DNA of 64,000 nt from a virus: IMG/VR virus record IMGVR_UViG_3300036770_001342, positions 32,001-96,000 of that record. One strand, given 5' to 3'. The notes beneath the pieces are model-generated. The model was not told the origin of the DNA, did not search any database, and saw only the letters and a program-made list of their open reading frames with translations. Shown here piece after piece: positions 34,701-40,012 of the stretch (within the stretch, counting starts at the first letter, position 1; each line of letters starts with the position of its first letter). Position numbers and translations under genes: made by a program.

Positions 34701-36104
34701 AATATTTGTATTTGCTACAGTTTGTGGTATGCTTACAAAATATGTGTATTTTCCAGTAAGTCCTGTGGTTTCTGCATCATAACCAGTAATAGTAGTGCCA
34801 GATATAATTCCTGGACCTACTAATGTCATACCTATATTAAATGCTCCGGATACAACACTTTCAAGCGTTAGCAAATTCCCGTTAATTTCTCCATTTATAA
34901 CTGCGTTAGTAGTTACACCTGCTGATATCCAATTAGTATCACCTAAATCGGTTATCCAATACATGGCTCCTGCAACCATGCTTGATGCGGAAATTTCAGG
35001 AAAACCAGCCGGGCTGTATGCTCTAATATTTCCAAAAGTATTTCCGCTAAAAGTAATACTAGTGCCTATTTCTAAATTTTCTACACTAGTTAAGGTGATT
35101 TCGCCTGAAACGTTTATTTCAGTTGCAGTTGTTGTAATAGGAGCGACTAAATTAGCATAATTAGTATCGTATCTACCTTCGTCAAAGAAATTTGAAACAT
35201 ATCCTACTTCGTTGCTTATACCGGTATTGTAGAACATTACTGTTCTACCATTAAGTGATGTTACCCCATCAATATTATTAATGTCTGATAATTTTGCTCC
35301 ATTAATTTGCGCGAAAGGTTTAGTACTGACCACCCCTACCGGATTATTACCTGGATAATTAAAATTATCTTGCGCATCTTTAAACGGTACATTGAATGTA
35401 ATTATACCACTTTTTGCACCATTATTGTCTACACCGTATACATCACGCACATACAAATTTGTTTGTACCGGACTAAATCCGCTTACTCCCGGCTCACCTT
35501 GAATCCAAAATTGTGTATCTTGGTCTACAAAAAAGTTATAGGATCCGCCGCGAATTAATGTAATTGTAGGATTGTCCGCGCCTGCTCCTGCACCTACTGC
35601 TCTTATGTTATATGTATTAGGTAAACTTTCTACAATGTATTCGTTATTCAAAAATACTGTATCACTAGCAACGATTACTGCGGGAGGTCCTTCTGGTAGC
35701 CAGTAATACTGATTGTAGTTGATGATCATATCTAAGTTGGTAAAACTATCCCAACTGTAGAATTGACTATTAAACAAAGTGCTATTATCGGTAGTGATGC
35801 CGCCTTGTAATTTTAACGCATCTAACAAACCTGGATAACTTATAAAATCTTTTGCAACGCTTTCATTATCTTTTAAAAATGTGATACCGGGTTCTAATTG
35901 ATAATCTGTTCTAACTTTAGTTGGCTCCGTGACATAGTAATCGTTAGCATTAATACCGTAACCAAATTTACTTCCCACATAACCTTGAATTTTTTTAGTT
36001 AATGGAGGGTTAACTAATTGATCCAATGTAGCCGAAAGAAATTGGCTATTGGTTGGAGTTTGAAATATGCTTGGTAAAAATTCTAAGGTACGTATTCTGG
36101 TCAT
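16791..36104 (-). CDS. Giant (6437-aa) baseplate wedge/tail-fibre protein at the gp7-like position
   Basis: 19.3-kb uninterrupted ORF immediately after the gp6-like gene. Contains repeated beta modules (F.G..FGG....TYYVK.I; Y.IT.LGTTDW), FG-GAP-like and BNR-like propeller repeats, and an EVKPYH wedge-type motif. Confidence 0.8.
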   Translation of the reverse strand: MTRIRTLEFLPSIFQTPTNSQFLSATLDQLVNPPLTKKIQGYVGSKFGYGINANDYYVTEPTKVRTDYQLEPGITFLKDNESVAKDFISYPGLLDALKLQGGITTDNSTLFNSQFYSWDSFTNLDMIINYNQYYWLPEGPPAVIVASDTVFLNNEYIVESLPNTYNIRAVGAGAGADNPTITLIRGGSYNFFVDQDTQFWIQGEPGVSGFSPVQTNLYVRDVYGVDNNGAKSGIITFNVPFKDAQDNFNYPGNNPVGVVSTKPFAQINGAKLSDINNIDGVTSLNGRTVMFYNTGISNEVGYVSNFFDEGRYDTNYANLVAPITTTATEINVSGEITLTSVENLEIGTSITFSGNTFGNIRAYSPAGFPEISASSMVAGAMYWITDLGDTNWISAGVTTNAVINGEINGNLLTLESVVSGAFNIGMTLVGPGIISGTTITGYDAETTGLTGKYTYFVSIPQTVANTNIDVYDLQDGKIFTSTGPISGTGKVKRYDPFIYYVKTINPSNSTITISQSLNGPTFTPGPAASGSMTVRVNEGLYEEGFYVNVNDYFFTITYVGDINDPVIKLTPAISGLIPTEQKITAQFGTAYVGLNFFKNQDGFIEQYPYISAPLDTLYYQDGTNPNKVGVIRLIESNSLNTLNVNTQILGQKNFTSTNGVVFTNGLKVEFDGDVIPTSYLSGQYYVQGVGTAIELIPVETLVVPESFTTETSLPYDTTNFDIGNFDAALFIPENPDYITIARNSINRNAWSRSNRWFHSDVIKATAEYNDDPNILTTFANSANKAKRPILEFYPNLKLFNSGTVAKASVDFVDTRTTDAFSAVAGEAAYYPDVETYTNYSSLATINASPTVTQGQFLIGQQYRVTSIGTTAPAAWVALGVKVFVEGEFVPGIEYVITSLGTTDWNAIAGTIGVTYNIGSIFTAAYSGEIVGSGGGQAAETLFVAQSTGEINSNQIIAGIPYTITQLGTTLWENIGASPTPYVGETFVATAPAVGTGLATQGNGTSLSLTATTITIPAHEVVGNLTVGMYINDQIRYNQSQLPANTRILSIEGTSTYTITVFYPLPTIIPGSASLIVPPAFTSPEISFVANSKNNSDLLLFPGARIVFLNESTPLLKNKIYVANYSKTISGSYPIITLTEALDGEILANDQFAVLRGQNYQGTSFYYDGENFIQAQQKVTINQPPKFDVYDKNGISFGNEEFYESTTFIGCDLLRYKPGVGINDSILGFPISYSSINNVGDITFEVALNVDTFNYVTGIQQNVTETQKVNTGYVYNVTSRTDFERLIGWQTAVAPSVQYQIFEFKYTPDTTIEFAEGDTIFYTVNCDIAQLNVENTIWPSIEVYNNNNILTIDTDYTVEHGSNFTNVTVQIPALFETVIQVALLSNQTSQNAYYSIPINLSNNPFNSDVTTVDIGDIRGHYQSIFYNNPNTTGQVFGANNTRDLGNIIPWGNRIIQNSASLVLPGAFLRQAEHSLFDSLLYNSREYIKFKNLLVETANKIDWQQRYNPSALLDEALDEITSVKNQEMPFFWSDMIPNKAAFITNTYTFFNNIDTTTFPLSKIYNFTTANYDGVLVYLETKLQGTTVTKQLIKNIDYTISTDTPSLIVTKDLINGDKIIIKEYNQTYGSYIPNTPTKLGLYPASVPEVVLDNSYNQPTYFIVGHDGSYTKLYGNYDPVLGLIDYRDQVLLEFETRVYNNLKLSNTIPIQAADIIPGYFRSSTVNYDEWLNMYSATFLDWVGQNRLDYKTQLYLSTNEYTYNYTNSRDKLNKTIVQQGNWRGIYLYYFDTSTPNATPWQMIGYANKPAWWETRYGPAPYTSDNLILWQDMENGLDWNNGDPIEIEIYKRPGLLNILPVNDQGELINPLFALVGNYNPNTFQRDWTIGDVGPVEFSYRRSSTWPYDLMRLQALLKPANFFNLGVDIDNYKYNQEFNQFLIDDRNHLVPQDVQIYGNGTAKTSYINWIVDYEKQLGVDATTNIKNLLTNLDVRLVYRLAGFSDKTLLKFFVEKGTPGSQNSSLLIPDESYQILLYENQPYDKLVYSAVIVQLTSEGYKIFGNSQTTNYFKTLSPVINSNSKTITVEDQTVKVADDYSSTVKLIPYGTVFYTAQEVSQFLMSYGAYLKSIGAKFDIIESGLEINWEQMVAEFLYWTQVGWSVGSIVTLNPAANTLVVDKESQIVQPLTFRQTNFVLNQNLYPIESKDLSIVRDGTLFSVSALNVGDSIAYGQFNLSNIEHGIVFDNTTIFGDVVYNLISGLKQNRIFLQGTKSAEWNGTMFASGFIYNQDNIEEWRENTKYTKGAIVKFKNKYFTALTIVQPSKEFKETEWKETDYNEIQKGLLPNSSTRSYESALYYNTNEANLEEDGDQVAFSLIGFRSRPYMASADLTDITQVNVYKNFIKEKGTRSALSVFKGANLPQGGIDYNIYENWAIMSGTFGGVLNNNFIEFKLNQNLLTGNPGIVGLTTGQTVPGAQQVVPLYSLTNYGQPVNNSNVLPTISQYTPSTVFPDAGYVNFNDVKMSAYFFEQLSVGVNQNGIIVPINDFYVGDYVWIANYLAKWQVMTPNVIAQVIEANANLNGTTTIVFDRPHNLNQFDIFAIINFDNSVNGYYVATQIVNPYQVIVPLVLSNSVRTVTGQGIAYNFSSQRVNQPSDIQNLNLLSKEFVQNTAWVDLNNDGGWAVYRKGINYKYDADFSIENSVTFGSSVAFTSKGDYLFGDAGTGNVYRFQYDALNKVYEQDQTITNDVSFGTNIAYAQNVYAISQATVDPTIYFYYVNDTTITDDIEIFGTVLSAPAGSTNFGTGLAMSGDANWLYVSDYDTNPLNIRNKVHAYRRNNSIVNADALTTGLTYQITALGTTDFTALGAVENKVGIYFVYNGIAATGTGTATNIDYEFVTTIESPEITPDKFGSVIATNYYGNVVVVGSPEYDYDVNTENWGRAYVFNRMIQNFEVQENSTSTPSTFTLAFTPTGSQDPIIYRNGRIVSNTEYTIVGTSLSYTGTLKAGDILEINSCNFNLAQVLTTETNPRIGVMFGTGLDTNKFGNEIIVGAPFALNSTNEEGAAYRFTNAGARFGIVVGTENVNLTTSRDLLINGYLVTLPAGDSDLAALTINQAKITNIEAVSSNGKLIISVIDQNLATLNEKLLLSATDLTTFTELGLTLYTQTQVLQCPHLTGPTQFGYAVAFNESNSVVISAPSGTRYAQTTFDFVDDDDYSNDLVFDNNATQFVDSYPNAGAVYMYDYLANYEENLNNIGAYTYAQSVNAKDQVYGSQPYYGRVLDFNENKVIIGTPNYRPDDIDGQVIVYINELGIPNWSVYRQTNPIVDIDRIQNIQIYNTENNQTLINMDYFDPLQGKLLGAIRQNIDTISNIDPATYNNETNTQSGFVWGAEQTGTIWLDTTNMRFVNYHQNDNVYNSKYWGTLFPGSDVAVYTWVGSNVLPTEYQGPGTPRDVNSYTVQTIINSSNTIQPIYYFWVRNSGLVLGNKTLADVNIAAYIASPISSGITYFAPVDTNVFALYNSQQYINAQESVLHIGYSNGQNDDPSHQSYQLIREDFASDFLPGFVNPTQGIFEPRGLYDRLLDSLAGVDEEGGVLPDPFLPKLVQTGVLARPRQSFFYDRYTALQNYLQYANTVLSLFPITEIRPLISFLNEKGDYYDTTLYWERVNWWSPGYNDNTKAAIQVEFYADLSTLTVATGTIVAVNQNSQGFTEYYRLDENNVWTRIGLQNGTIRFKTELWDYSEGQTGYGDDFYGTTPYDQYPSRETRNIIRALNEQIYTDDLLIYRNKSLILLFEYIQTETVENQNYLPWLNKTSLVDVSHKIRELVPLQNFKSDNQEFLAGYVNEVKPYHVVIKEFLFEYTGEDIYQGNITDFDLPAAYDSATQSFITPQLVYSNPNQQDEFLPDDAVWELPQYTEWRNNYGVSLVGQENYLITETASYLPIGATFLIVDNAQGFPINGTIKIADVENPSRFEIIGYSSVDTNTNTLFGLTRGLNGTPEYDHIPGENVFIDLPPVVVLDGGRGYSNPPRVLAQIDLTKYPAPKEEAVLEAVMSLDSVVGINVINPGIGYAALPNIVIDPAATFTFTSDNVTAVESTIELYAPALQTGDLVRYVNVTGENIGGLENNQYYYINVLSNSPLTILALYANYSDALRDQNRVEIYSQGTGSNHKFELGAKASAVSSSYPIRENNITLRFDRTTYESQITDWVPGSFYGAFFAGSYNNTENVSSSSIDLQSTLPPINTILASNDGLVLPIVNVDNEREIDWSEFERTVANTSSSDIITLDVDVITENASGSTIGFTIGMPIKFIGIPGTSLIVPGTTYYVNEIINETQFKISATQYGPVYNVGDSSSATNLKCYTAQVIDTAIISTYYPGIRNVTATNSTNSVVTIPLTEIGTGGTTGLYTGIPIVFTGNVFGGIEEHVVYFVSAVLDKENFTISDTDEFVRIKALSINASNQIIVQNTTSLNVNDRIVFSNMTVEGEPVTSWGNIQQGNIYYVKTIDVNVITISETLGGSTFALTPVTSNSQTYCFFVDQETNFALTTANGNMTVNIQLPASPGQVDGQLFTFYPTSNQFTNITATNYGNLIERMIDHTSTAANLITLTHKSGGTTGMYIGMPITVDENIGGLIAGTTYTIEEIDEIKIAITNSSASSNTFTVDGTTSSLYENMPIVFSGNPLGSIIIGVTYYVKDIIDSTKFTIKDSLTGDTIALTTNNGSMIGTGPDYVKVNVAITSDDYGPATLSQKITVDPVFDVSYILGGYKVLISNPGAGLTANNTITIPGNLLGGSSPKNDLTIKVNKIDAIVPGTFSWSLPIESNGNIVSVICSGKPNAVTNNYYLKVITANQFKVYSDPRMTIPVSGLTLGYQGATVSTVSSVASNGVITLNDVSEFNLNSAVVFTGNVFGNITLGQTYYITNIDTGSSTITISDEPGGLPVTTSVESGSMTVASSGSFMFLPEPFYFNQSIVKYNNRVYICVVSNNDDQFVFGKWEELNSGDRRLNAMDRVKGYYQPTINMPGTDLNQLFTGVTYPNTTYKGNAFDPADQYDIDTILQDQIFYPENVSINGIAWNGVNYISPANLPNYTAIAKDMEVTDDWLLGRLSNKPLNITDIIKTDDLYVMTSTNSATPILTSTDANGWSINGFFVPFGVEDNELEFERKLLIQSKLAFNNVAYGNGKYVAVGQNICTSDSAVNWVETYKFTTGNTGYIYDVAYVETATFTGFIAVGTKNSNKLVLQSIDGEIWTETLAFINTGATFAQRTAPLKSVTFGNNIVVLAGDLGVVYRSIPGGYAFQGAYGSATSWNSSAYGDGVFAIVGNNGKLITSVNGLTWTEKTTGTTENLNKIYYNSDKNEWTIAGNNNTLFQTSNMNADPIVWDRTQLFSIPDPAYTIKGDPFMSGYGPEELVPGIVTDQLTMTVTTRPGTNWPATEYAHVGYNVVSIELDYDSSGEYSFADVVEVPSSIAVYITDNSLSTAIYPNNDYVVDYVNKTITLNTNITETQQLRVDVYEVGNGDQLVKSNTQIDPLRDNSNTGFQEIWLNCNYTADRLNGSGIIRPTTDPTSTEAIATDSLLNTITVNDVSIFTLNDDVYFTGEVFGGLNENTPYYVKTIDSVQKTITVSDSINEGIAGPIFDLTSDTGSGMIAVAQNGPGLYWTPPAVFYNGNKLINGDTNLVIRSKASDNSLITYSTVGLLPNQKIIFDNNIFGGLIPHKTYYIKEVLSGGTQFTVSDTVGGPAVTLTNALGKSNFITEDYAVMLADNQISAKVVFASEYDTSVDYISFTFFGETLPTQYGYTLPQTQVFAGNGTKGSYYLTNYLGEDNDTNAIVEVNGLRIMPDQYTINYNQAVLVFDTLEPTVNDTIAVTTFNDTQRQYLNTQYELSPINVTAINNVYNTITQPLLDTQTSSAVGGYFIADSTTNMVIGQNVLFQIDIPGSSPVYQGFGGVNTDGTEYKVHEVISGNRFKVIDENGLEYPTVNDSGLMHVAVGGQPAVRVQTAVPHLLSTNDLVRIDGIQGSVQLNNNLFYVHVINSEQFDLYQYFPEHPEENYSPYVDAVNYPITISDSYISGGYVWPSDTWILETTRVTSCTSTELEVQNILPLVLYTPVYFTESNVKLGTSTSIPQIIAGEKYYISSIDHDNNKISVSETINGAPILLTPQLSTNIVLTQWEQTNVDRLWVTVNGKRVPSSELRLNAANEVSILAPIGIDDEIVITSMMPSATPNEMVYVNTVDKNNQGTVYRANSDSRTWLTEVLTEYQNIVYVNDINNLTFKSVQTNVAPIKEAGYYYIPLNADKNDIIDVSVYNNTLGREGLIEEDFLQLEVRSTGPYIRIQEGDWIEQGDLLTITVYEGKLIYMQGEYMRVLSVDQFTNSMEVERGANGSGIQVYIPKYTEVYSFLDKNTMTNINYNDTWNKIPGIYNTTQGDPLQIAEGSAPNFLRLDV

Positions 36105-36105
36105 T

Positions 36106-39100
36106 TTATGCTATTTGTAATTCGTTTGGTGTCAATGCAGGGATAACTAAAATATCGTTTGCTGTTGCTGCGTTAACAAATATTTCAAAAGGAGCACACT
36201 TAATTTCATATAGTGTTCCAAACGGTTCGTTTGGATCATTTGGAACTAATACTGCCGAACTAATTAAACTACCTAATTGATTGTGTAGGTAGGCGCTTAA
36301 TTCTGAGAAGAAGAAGGTGTCTCCAAAACTCCAATTATTAATATCAAAATACTGGTTCATACTTGTTAATACTGCACTGCGTATTTCACTGTCACTTGCT
36401 GTCGTTGTGTTGTTTTTAATAACTTTAATTGTTCCTCTTAAAGCCTGTGCTGCTTTAGGACCAAATAAAGGTTTAAACACTACACTATTTAATACCACAC
36501 TATCACTCAACATTTTGTAATCATTTACTTTACTATAACTTGCTGACAACTCAGCAATAGTAGGTCTTGATGGTTCTGGTATTGTATTAGTAGTATCTTG
36601 AACATAATTTGAATAGGCTGTATAATATGCTTGAGTTACAACATATAAATCAACTATGTTTGTTGTAGCAGGATCAATACGTGTTGTGTTATTGCTATTG
36701 TGTCTGTATTGAAAACTAAAACCTTGTCTACCATACTTAATTGAATATTCTGGTTGAGGAGTTAATACATAGAAAGGTGTTCTAACTGTAGTGTCTTGAA
36801 CAGTTTTATAAAAAATATCATCACTAAAAGCGTAGAACAGTTGACCCACAGGATAATCGTACTTTACTACTTCAATTTGATCCATTGTACCATATTGATA
36901 AATGACATCTACTGATGGAACAATTTCTAAACGTGTTAGATTTGCTGCATCCTGAACTGTTCTAAAAAATACATATTTTCCTATATTGCTACTACCATTT
37001 TCAACACCTGTTAGTGTGCTGAAAAAATCTGGATTTAATATCAATTGTTTATTATTTGTGTCTGTTGCGCTGACTTCTACCTCAAAGTCATTTACATAAC
37101 CATCGCTTTCTACTGTTTGACCTAATATATTAACTTTGTAATCGCGCCCTAAAGCACTAGTAGAACTTGGTGCAGTATTAATACCTAAAACATTAATGAA
37201 ATCTTGTAGTATTTTACCGCTAAATGGATCGTACACAACTTGATTTAAATTGTATGTAAATCTAGTATCGCTAACACTTCCAAAATAATAACGTAATGAA
37301 CGTACTAGTATTTGATATCTGCGATTACCTAAACTAGTAAATTGAACAAACCAATTATTATCATTATGTGGACGTATAGTCCATCTGTCCTGATTAACTA
37401 GTAGTGAATTATTAAAGACCAAACTAAAATCTTGTTCTAATTCCATTTTAACAATGGCTTCTTGTATATTTGAAATACTAATTGAATTATCAAATACAGG
37501 AATAATTTGTGATAGTAAACAACCACTAGGCACAAATCCATTTAATGTTACTGGTCCATTACCGTTACTAAAATTACCTTCACCATTATTACTACCATCG
37601 CCTATTACATTTAATACAGTAGTCCAAAGCGTTGTTGGATTAGTGCCCGGCAAACCTAATACTAATCTATTATTATTATCAAAGTAATAACCAGTTGGAG
37701 CAGTAAATTGTAGCATTGCTCCTTTTGTAATATATTTGGTATTAGTAGTTGAGAAAATACCTATCTGTGTTGGTACTCTTATAGTTAAATCTACATTATA
37801 AAAATAACCATTTTCACTTGTAGCATCTACTGTGCTTGTTTGCCAGTATACTGCTGAAGAGCCAGTGCTAGGTGTAGTAAATCTTTTGTACCAACTACCT
37901 TCAGTAGTGCTTGTTTGATTTATATAATATTGATTAGCACGATTTAACGCTAATGTTCCGGCAAGTGTATCTGTAAAGAAATTGATGACATCACTATTAT
38001 TATTAATAGTTAAATCTAAAACAATATTATCATTGTTTTCCCAAATTGCACCGTCATCACCAAAACTGTTGATACTGCTATATTTGCCTGTTGGATCAAG
38101 CAAGTCTAAATTCTTTGATACACCAATCGAACTGCGATTGATCGCTTTTGATTTTATAATTGAACTGTATAATGTATATGGGAAATTATTATAATCTTCA
38201 CCATTAACCATACGATTCTGTGTATAGTAACGTGTTGGTGCGCGTTGTTTGATGCTCGGCAAACTTTCGCGTGATTGTGCATTGCTTACTGGTTGTGTTA
38301 ACTGTAATCCTAAAGTTAATGTTTCAGCACGACCTTCTCTTGTAATATAAGTAAATGCAACTGTAATGCCTTGCATTTCATTTGGATCAATTGTATAAGT
38401 TAATCCGTTACTTGAACGAACATATGCTCTAAATGTTCCAACAGGAATGTTACTAAACACGCCGTCACCAAAATTATAAGTGACTTGATCATTAAATCTT
38501 GAACTTACACTAAAAATACTTTTTTGTGATGTTTCTGTTTGCAAATAAGCATTAGCATAAACATTGTCAACTTGATTCCATAATATGCGTGTGTTGTTAT
38601 TTGCATTTAACTGATATAACCATGTATCTGTATTGTTTATGCCTTGAATATTAATAGGTACTGCTTGATTAGCAATTTGTTGTTCTAACACAAAATCAAA
38701 ATTGTTTAATGAGCCCTGTTTAAAATAAAAGAAGTAACCAGTATTTGCACTACCAAAACCTAATCTGTCGTTTCTATACAACATATTAAATTTACCAGTA
38801 GGTGCCGGTGGCAATTCATATAATGCATCGCTGTCTACACTGGATACACTTACTAATTCAAAATTCATGCTAATACCATCAACTGATGTGCTGAATGGTA
38901 CTATTGGTAAACTGTTTGCAGGTATTTGTATTGCGTACTCTGCTGTTGCTACGCCTAATAAGTCGCTTACGTTGCCCGGTCTACCTACACGCTGACTACT
39001 AACTAAAGCAGCATTAATAATTGTATTATACTGTTCAAACCAATTTGGGTTTGCTGGGTCATTCCATAATATAATAGCATTACTTAAATTGACACCGTTA

Positions 39101-39495
39101 AAATCTGTTATGTTTTGTGTAGTTTGTATGCTGACTATTTTTAGCATACCTTCAGCACAGAGATTGCGTTTTGGTGTGTAACTGACTAGATTTGCTAGTT
39201 TGATAACGCTATCTCTACGCTCTGCTGTGTCGATAAAGTTCTCGCGGGCGTTTAAGTCATTTCTAAATGCAAGACCTTGACCCATGAATGCCATAACGTC
39301 AAGTAGTGCGATAAATTCTGACGATTCGATATAATCGTTATATGTTTCTGGGTAGTAAACACGCAGGTAGTCTATGAAACTCTTGCGTAATGTTTCATAG
39401 TCATAACTTCTAAAGTCGGCTTCGCGGAAAGTCTGGTAGATTGTTTTCCAATCATTTACACCAAATAATGCCGCTTGTCTAGAACTTGTAGCCAT
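36106..39495 (-). CDS. gp6: Baseplate wedge subunit, T4 gp6-like
   Basis: DYETLRKSFIDYLR, LLDVMA, ENFIDTAERRDSV..LA....Y.P, FGDG, ES...IK..AP..Y..QNRMV..EDY. Confidence 0.85.
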   Translation of the reverse strand: MATSSRQAALFGVNDWKTIYQTFREADFRSYDYETLRKSFIDYLRVYYPETYNDYIESSEFIALLDVMAFMGQGLAFRNDLNARENFIDTAERRDSVIKLANLVSYTPKRNLCAEGMLKIVSIQTTQNITDFNGVNLSNAIILWNDPANPNWFEQYNTIINAALVSSQRVGRPGNVSDLLGVATAEYAIQIPANSLPIVPFSTSVDGISMNFELVSVSSVDSDALYELPPAPTGKFNMLYRNDRLGFGSANTGYFFYFKQGSLNNFDFVLEQQIANQAVPINIQGINNTDTWLYQLNANNNTRILWNQVDNVYANAYLQTETSQKSIFSVSSRFNDQVTYNFGDGVFSNIPVGTFRAYVRSSNGLTYTIDPNEMQGITVAFTYITREGRAETLTLGLQLTQPVSNAQSRESLPSIKQRAPTRYYTQNRMVNGEDYNNFPYTLYSSIIKSKAINRSSIGVSKNLDLLDPTGKYSSINSFGDDGAIWENNDNIVLDLTINNNSDVINFFTDTLAGTLALNRANQYYINQTSTTEGSWYKRFTTPSTGSSAVYWQTSTVDATSENGYFYNVDLTIRVPTQIGIFSTTNTKYITKGAMLQFTAPTGYYFDNNNRLVLGLPGTNPTTLWTTVLNVIGDGSNNGEGNFSNGNGPVTLNGFVPSGCLLSQIIPVFDNSISISNIQEAIVKMELEQDFSLVFNNSLLVNQDRWTIRPHNDNNWFVQFTSLGNRRYQILVRSLRYYFGSVSDTRFTYNLNQVVYDPFSGKILQDFINVLGINTAPSSTSALGRDYKVNILGQTVESDGYVNDFEVEVSATDTNNKQLILNPDFFSTLTGVENGSSNIGKYVFFRTVQDAANLTRLEIVPSVDVIYQYGTMDQIEVVKYDYPVGQLFYAFSDDIFYKTVQDTTVRTPFYVLTPQPEYSIKYGRQGFSFQYRHNSNNTTRIDPATTNIVDLYVVTQAYYTAYSNYVQDTTNTIPEPSRPTIAELSASYSKVNDYKMLSDSVVLNSVVFKPLFGPKAAQALRGTIKVIKNNTTTASDSEIRSAVLTSMNQYFDINNWSFGDTFFFSELSAYLHNQLGSLISSAVLVPNDPNEPFGTLYEIKCAPFEIFVNAATANDILVIPALTPNELQIA

Positions 39496-39515
39496 GATTT
39501 ATCTCGTATTTTAAT

Positions 39516-39523
39516 TATTTATC
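39516..39523 (-). promoter_or_regulatory. Late promoter GATAAATA for the gp6/giant wedge operon
   Basis: TATTTATC on the plus strand; the palindrome AAAAAACCGGTTTTTT (39530-39545) lies just upstream. Confidence 0.6.
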
Positions 39524-39549
39524 AATCCGAAAAAACCGGTTTTTTAAGA

Positions 39550-39999
39550 TTAGGCTACACTAGCACTATTAGTATTTGCATCGAAAAATACACTTAATAG
39601 TTCTGTTTGATTGAATGGAACTACGGATAATTCTATTTCCATTAATATGCCGTTTTGCTGCGGGTACGCATTGACATAATTAATCATAAGTCTCGGATCC
39701 TGACTGGCAATGCGTCTAATTTCAGTTTCTAATGCTAACTGTGTATCTTGAATGTTAGGGTCAAATACATATCCCCAAATAGTAGTACCGTAATCAGGTT
39801 GACCTACTTTTTCACCCTGACGGATATTAAGTGCGTTTATTAAATCTTGTACTACCAAACGTTCGTCTGTTAAACGATATTTTTTACCTGCTATTACTGG
39901 GGCAGTAATAGAGCCTACGCCTCCTTGATAACCAGTTTGCATATTGGTTGATCTAGGTTTATTGGCGTTAAGTGTGCTGAATCCTATATATTGTGGCAT
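39550..39999 (-). CDS. gp25: Baseplate wedge subunit, gp25/GPW family
   Basis: LVVQDLINALNIRQGEKVGQPDYGT.IW...FDP...DPR. Confidence 0.85.
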   Translation of the reverse strand: MPQYIGFSTLNANKPRSTNMQTGYQGGVGSITAPVIAGKKYRLTDERLVVQDLINALNIRQGEKVGQPDYGTTIWGYVFDPNIQDTQLALETEIRRIASQDPRLMINYVNAYPQQNGILMEIELSVVPFNQTELLSVFFDANTNSASVA

Positions 40000-40004
40000 A
40001 AAAG

Positions 40005-40012
40005 TATTTATC
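40005..40012 (-). promoter_or_regulatory. Late promoter GATAAATA
   Basis: TATTTATC ends 5 nt before ATG 39999, implying a very short or absent leader. Confidence 0.55.
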
